NCBI GenBank assembly: GCA_965214605.1
Contig: OZ243961.1
Span: 896,001 to 960,000 of the forward strand
Reading direction: 5' to 3'
DNA: 64,000 nt
From: an uncultured Candidatus Binatia bacterium
GTDB lineage: Bacteria > Desulfobacterota > Binatia > Bin18
Shown: positions 60,073 to 64,000 of the stretch, one piece after another
Layout: each line of letters starts with the position of its first letter
Numbering within the stretch: the first letter of the stretch is position 1
Made by a program: the position numbers and the translations under genes
The notes under the pieces: model-generated
What the model saw: only the letters and a program-made list of their open reading frames with translations
Told to the model about the DNA's origin: nothing
Databases searched by the model: none

Positions 60073-60981
60073 TTATCTCTGGTGGTACAGCGGATGGCCC
60101 CGGAACGGAGTATGAACTCTGTTCATATGCTCGCCCTCGAGATTGGCCAGATACAAGGTCTGCATATCAGGCCCACCAAACGCACAGTTTGTCGGAAAAT
60201 TGAGTCTGGTGCTGTCCGGGTCGTCAATCAGCTCGGTCCATCTCCCGTTCGTATCAACCTTGATGACTTTGTTGCGGGGCTCTAGCTTGTCCGCGGTCGG
60301 TACGCCCGGCAGGGTGATGTACAGATTGCGGTCCACGTCAAAGGCCATGCCGTCGGGCAGAGCGGGGAACCCGTCGGCGTAGATCTCGGGTTTGCCAAAC
60401 GTCCCGTCTTTTTTAATCTGAATACGAACACAGTCGTTACGCGAACTCTCCAAGACGTACACGGCGTCTTCGTTGGGATCGATGGCCGTGCCGTTGGCAA
60501 AATAAATCCCGGTGGCAACAACCTCGCCCTGTCCGTCGGGTCGAATCCGCACCACCGCTCCATTGGGCTGAGGGTTGGAAAATTCCCCAAAGACTTTGCT
60601 GCCCTCCTGCGAGCTGGAATTGGAGACGTACAGATTACCCTCGGCGTCGTAACTGGCAAAGTTGGGGATGGAGATCGGCAAGTCGCCCGCCTGGTTGGCA
60701 ATCATGGAAACCTTGCCCTCTTCGGGCGAGAGACGCATGACCGCCTTATGGCGCAGGTCGCAATACACAAAATTCCCCTCGCGATCGAGCGTCACCCCGT
60801 TCGGAATAGCCCGGTCGGGTAACTGGGCCACCTCGTGGACCACCCCGTCGGGGCTGACCTTATACACCTGGCCGCGCCGCCCGCCGCCCCAGACATTTCC
60901 CTCTTTATCAACCACCACGCCTTCGGCGCGTAACACGCCTGAGCCAAAAATTTCGATCGATTCGGTGGGAATCGTTGCCAT
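60073..60981 (-). CDS. SMP-30/gluconolactonase family protein
   Basis: AEG, PNG, FANG, PDGMAFD, PTNCAFGG. Confidence 0.9.
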   Translation of the reverse strand: MATIPTESIEIFGSGVLRAEGVVVDKEGNVWGGGRRGQVYKVSPDGVVHEVAQLPDRAIPNGVTLDREGNFVYCDLRHKAVMRLSPEEGKVSMIANQAGDLPISIPNFASYDAEGNLYVSNSSSQEGSKVFGEFSNPQPNGAVVRIRPDGQGEVVATGIYFANGTAIDPNEDAVYVLESSRNDCVRIQIKKDGTFGKPEIYADGFPALPDGMAFDVDRNLYITLPGVPTADKLEPRNKVIKVDTNGRWTELIDDPDSTRLNFPTNCAFGGPDMQTLYLANLEGEHMNRVHTPFRGHPLYHQR

Positions 60982-61029
60982 TGTCCAGCCTCCTTATTTT
61001 GCGTGCTCCGGGAGATTGTCGCACCCGGA

Positions 61030-62256
61030 CTAGGTGCCCCCTTTGTGGAGCACCCCTGCGTTTTCTAATGCGGCTATCCGGGTGGGGGAATACCCCAGCT
61101 GGTCTTGCAACACCGCCGCGTTGTGCTGGCCAAGAAGCGGCGCGTGCAGTTCGGGTAAATCCGGAAACTCCGAATACTTGAGCGGAAAGCCGGGAATTGT
61201 GAGCTCACCCAGGATGGGGTCAGACACGGTCCGAACCATGTTACGGGCCTGAAAATACTCGTGCTCGAGCGTATCCACAATCGACATCACCGGCGCGGAC
61301 GGGACGCGGTGCTCTTCCAGAACCCGCAGAACAGCCTCATCGTCGGCTATGCTCTGCATCCAGGTCTCCATGATGGCGATCAGCTCTCTCTGGTGTGTCG
61401 CCCGGTCGGGTCCGGTGGCAAAGCGCGGATCGTTAATGAGCTCAGGCCGGCCCATGGCCCGACACAGATTCTCCCACTGTCGGTCCAGCACCAAAATCAC
61501 GATCCAGCCCTGGGGGCCCTTGAACGTCCCGACCGGACACACCAGTGGATGATGGGCACCGGTTCGTTCCGGTATATAGGCTCCGCCGCTCAGGCTATGC
61601 ACCTGGAGATTGACCTCATGCATATGGTAGAGCGCGTCAATCATGGCGAGATCGATGTGCTGTCCGACCCCGGTCTTGTCGCGGTAGTACAAGGCATACC
61701 CCAGGGCGGCAAAGGCGTGCACGCCACTGCTGACATCCGCCATACCGAGCCCGACAAACTGCGGCGGCCCATCAGGCTCTCCGGTCATGTGCATAATGCC
61801 GGAAAACGCCTGGGCAATCAGATCGTAGCCAACCCGATGCGACAGCGGGCTGTGGCGGCCAAAGGCCGAGATTGAGGCCATGATGATTTTGGGATGGATC
61901 TTTTTGAGGGCGGCATAATCCAAACCACGCTTCTCAAGCACTCCGGGCCCGTAGTTTTCAACCACAACGTCAACGGTTGGAACAAGGGAGCGCAACAGAT
62001 CTAAGGCTTGAGGTTTGGCAAAGTCGAGACACAGGCTGCGTTTGCCCCGATTCTGCTGAACAAAATACCCGCTGCGGCCATCTTTGATAAACGGGAGGGC
62101 ACGGGCCGGATCACCGGTCGGCGCTTGTTCGACCTTGATAATATGGGCGCCCATTTCGGCCATCAGGCGGGTCACCGTTGGTCCGGCCAAGTATTGGGTC
62201 AGGTCGAGTACGGTGACATCGTCCAGCATGCGCGGCAACGGATTTCCATTTTCCAT
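61030..62256 (-). CDS. CaiB/BaiF family III CoA-transferase
   Basis: LAGP, GAHIIKVE, NRGKRSL, VENY.PG, GYDLIAQAFSG. Confidence 0.93.
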   Translation of the reverse strand: MENGNPLPRMLDDVTVLDLTQYLAGPTVTRLMAEMGAHIIKVEQAPTGDPARALPFIKDGRSGYFVQQNRGKRSLCLDFAKPQALDLLRSLVPTVDVVVENYGPGVLEKRGLDYAALKKIHPKIIMASISAFGRHSPLSHRVGYDLIAQAFSGIMHMTGEPDGPPQFVGLGMADVSSGVHAFAALGYALYYRDKTGVGQHIDLAMIDALYHMHEVNLQVHSLSGGAYIPERTGAHHPLVCPVGTFKGPQGWIVILVLDRQWENLCRAMGRPELINDPRFATGPDRATHQRELIAIMETWMQSIADDEAVLRVLEEHRVPSAPVMSIVDTLEHEYFQARNMVRTVSDPILGELTIPGFPLKYSEFPDLPELHAPLLGQHNAAVLQDQLGYSPTRIAALENAGVLHKGGT

Positions 62257-62522
62257 TCGAGCCCTCCCCTCTCGTTCCGTGGTGTAGCACTCGGTCGAGA
62301 AAAAAGCGAGAACCAGGCCGCTCGCCTCGAAAATTTCAGGCCGCCGGCGGACCGCACAAGAGATCAGCCGTCCGGGAGATCTTGCCCGCGTAGAGACACG
62401 CAGGGCGCACATCCAGAGAGGTCGGGACCGTCTGGGCGCGGGAGCGCCGCTCGGCACTTCAGACCCGTATCACACGTGAGGAAAGAGAGACGACCGGCAT
62501 ACCGCCCCGGCCGCAGACGTGT

Positions 62523-63380
62523 TCAGTCGCTGTCATGGGCCGACGGCACCGGCACGTCGTAGCTCCAGATCAGGGTCAGAACCGTCTCGCCCCAGGGCAG
62601 CAAGGCCACGTCCGATTCCGGGGCGGTGTCGCCGGGCAAGTCCGGATGGCGGCGACGCGCTTCCGTCGTGGCCAGAGCGATTAACTCGTCGGCACTTGGC
62701 GTCGCATCACCGTTGGCCGGTAACTCCAACTCAGAGGCCCGCAGGGTAACAGCCGTTTTGACCTGCATAGAGGTTGAGCTACGAGACGGAGGACTCGGCG
62801 GCACCTCGGGCTCGACCGGGATCTCTTCCAGCGGCTCATCAACCGGGATTTCTTCTATCACCCTATCGTCTGTCGCCGCCACCGGTGGGCTGTCCTGCTC
62901 ATCGCTCCTGTCCGCCGGGAGATCCGGCGACGGCGTCGGGCTGACGGCCGGTTCCTCGGCTGTCGAGGCTCGGCCCCGCCCACGGGTTCCGCGTCGTCGT
63001 CCGCCCCGCCCGCCACGTGGCGCGTCGTTCGCCTCCTGTTCATCGTTCTCAGCCGCCCGCTTTGAGCGACGCGCCCGCTGCTCACCCGGCATAAGGCCAT
63101 GGGAAAAATACTGGAGGTCATCGGTCGAGGCGGCGTCGAGCACCTCATCGACGAGATCGGCCGCTTTTTCCTCGGTATAGGCCTCGACATCAAAGTCGGC
63201 AAAGACGGTAAAATGGGACAGGCTTCCGGTCAGGTCAGCCGCGGCCGGAACTGTCTCATGTTCGAAATAGCGGAGCCGTCTGTGGGAGACGGACGTCAGT
63301 AGGGAAGCCGCAGTCCGGTCCGTTTCTTCCAGGGAGGACCCACGACCTTCGAAAAGCGCAACAGCATGAAAGTATGGCAT
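62523..63380 (-). CDS. Hypothetical protein with low-complexity linker
   Basis: 285-aa ORF with ordered termini. Confidence 0.65.
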   Translation of the reverse strand: MPYFHAVALFEGRGSSLEETDRTAASLLTSVSHRRLRYFEHETVPAAADLTGSLSHFTVFADFDVEAYTEEKAADLVDEVLDAASTDDLQYFSHGLMPGEQRARRSKRAAENDEQEANDAPRGGRGGRRRGTRGRGRASTAEEPAVSPTPSPDLPADRSDEQDSPPVAATDDRVIEEIPVDEPLEEIPVEPEVPPSPPSRSSTSMQVKTAVTLRASELELPANGDATPSADELIALATTEARRRHPDLPGDTAPESDVALLPWGETVLTLIWSYDVPVPSAHDSD

Positions 63381-63853
63381 AGATCAAGGCACACAATATA
63401 ACGTCGACCGATTTTACGCAAGAGTAAGAAATCCGACGTACGGGTCGGGCACAGCTAGACGCAGGGCGTGTTTCGGCGTATAGTGGCACCAAAAGCTATT
63501 CGGTCAGGTAGACACAGGCCTTAACACTTCGCTTCTTGCAATACGGCAGGATGGAGTGGACCGAGCCTCGGGCCGGTATTGGCGATCGGTTCCTGGTAGA
63601 GCGGTTTCTGGTCCCGCAGCGGGTGCGCCAAGAAAGGAGGTGGTCCAAAGATGTGTAGTTCTACGGTGATCTGTGAGGTGGTGGCCTCCTAGGCCGACGA
63701 CCCAAAATCTTTTGATGTGGAGTAGTCGCTTGGGGGGACCCAGGCACTACCGGAATCCCGACAGCCCGCGCCTCATCACCCGCGGGACAATCCTACATCG
63801 GATTATAACACTGTCGGGGTTTTTTTGGCCTCACACACGGGGCGAGGAGGCAA

Positions 63854-64000
63854 ATGGCAGATTCTGGCGCGGGAAACACGTCAATTACCCAAGCCGTGAC
63901 CGCTCTCAGCCACCGAATTTTTGACTTGGCAACCGAGACCTGGCAACAGCTGAAGGACCACGACGAGGTCAGCCGGGAATTGCTCAAGGATCCGTTTAGC
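63854..64000 (+). CDS. Hypothetical protein, partial (runs off the right edge)
   Basis: GAGGAGG RBS then MADSGAGNTSITQAV..., open to the window end. Confidence 0.6.
   Translation, partial: MADSGAGNTSITQAVTALSHRIFDLATETWQQLKDHDEVSRELLKDPFS

Overview
Positions 1 to ~52,456 are a mosaic, heavily decayed defence/mobile island that abuts the 3' end of the tmRNA gene (52457-52809, minus strand). Positions ~52.8-64 kb are core genome: smpB, panC, panB, nagZ, mtnA, a UGA-containing peroxiredoxin-like selenoprotein, MetE-like, SMP-30 and CaiB genes. Apparently intact cargo in the island: (1) a type III-D (III-Dv/III-D2-like) CRISPR effector operon with an HD-less Cas10 and a cold-shock domain fused to the Cas7-insertion subunit, plus two CARF proteins; (2) a 700-aa Abi/UG-type reverse transcriptase with a C-terminal HEPN-like motif, directly behind a brxL remnant; (3) a DUF262/GmrSD-like nuclease; (4) a small-peptide plus Clp-fold protease pair; (5) an AAA-ATPase plus PD-(D/E)XK pair inside a dead type III R-M locus; (6) several toxin-antitoxin modules. 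Decayed remnants of AbiE, OLD, BREX, MADS-like, CBASS-like, Qat and type I/III R-M systems, integrases and IS elements surround them. A two-repeat CRISPR remnant with a truncated cas2 lies at ~17 kb. The 37.5-48.7 kb region contains a colinear, condensed second copy of five blocks from 13.3-33.6 kb. All family calls come from motifs recognised by eye; no database searches were run.
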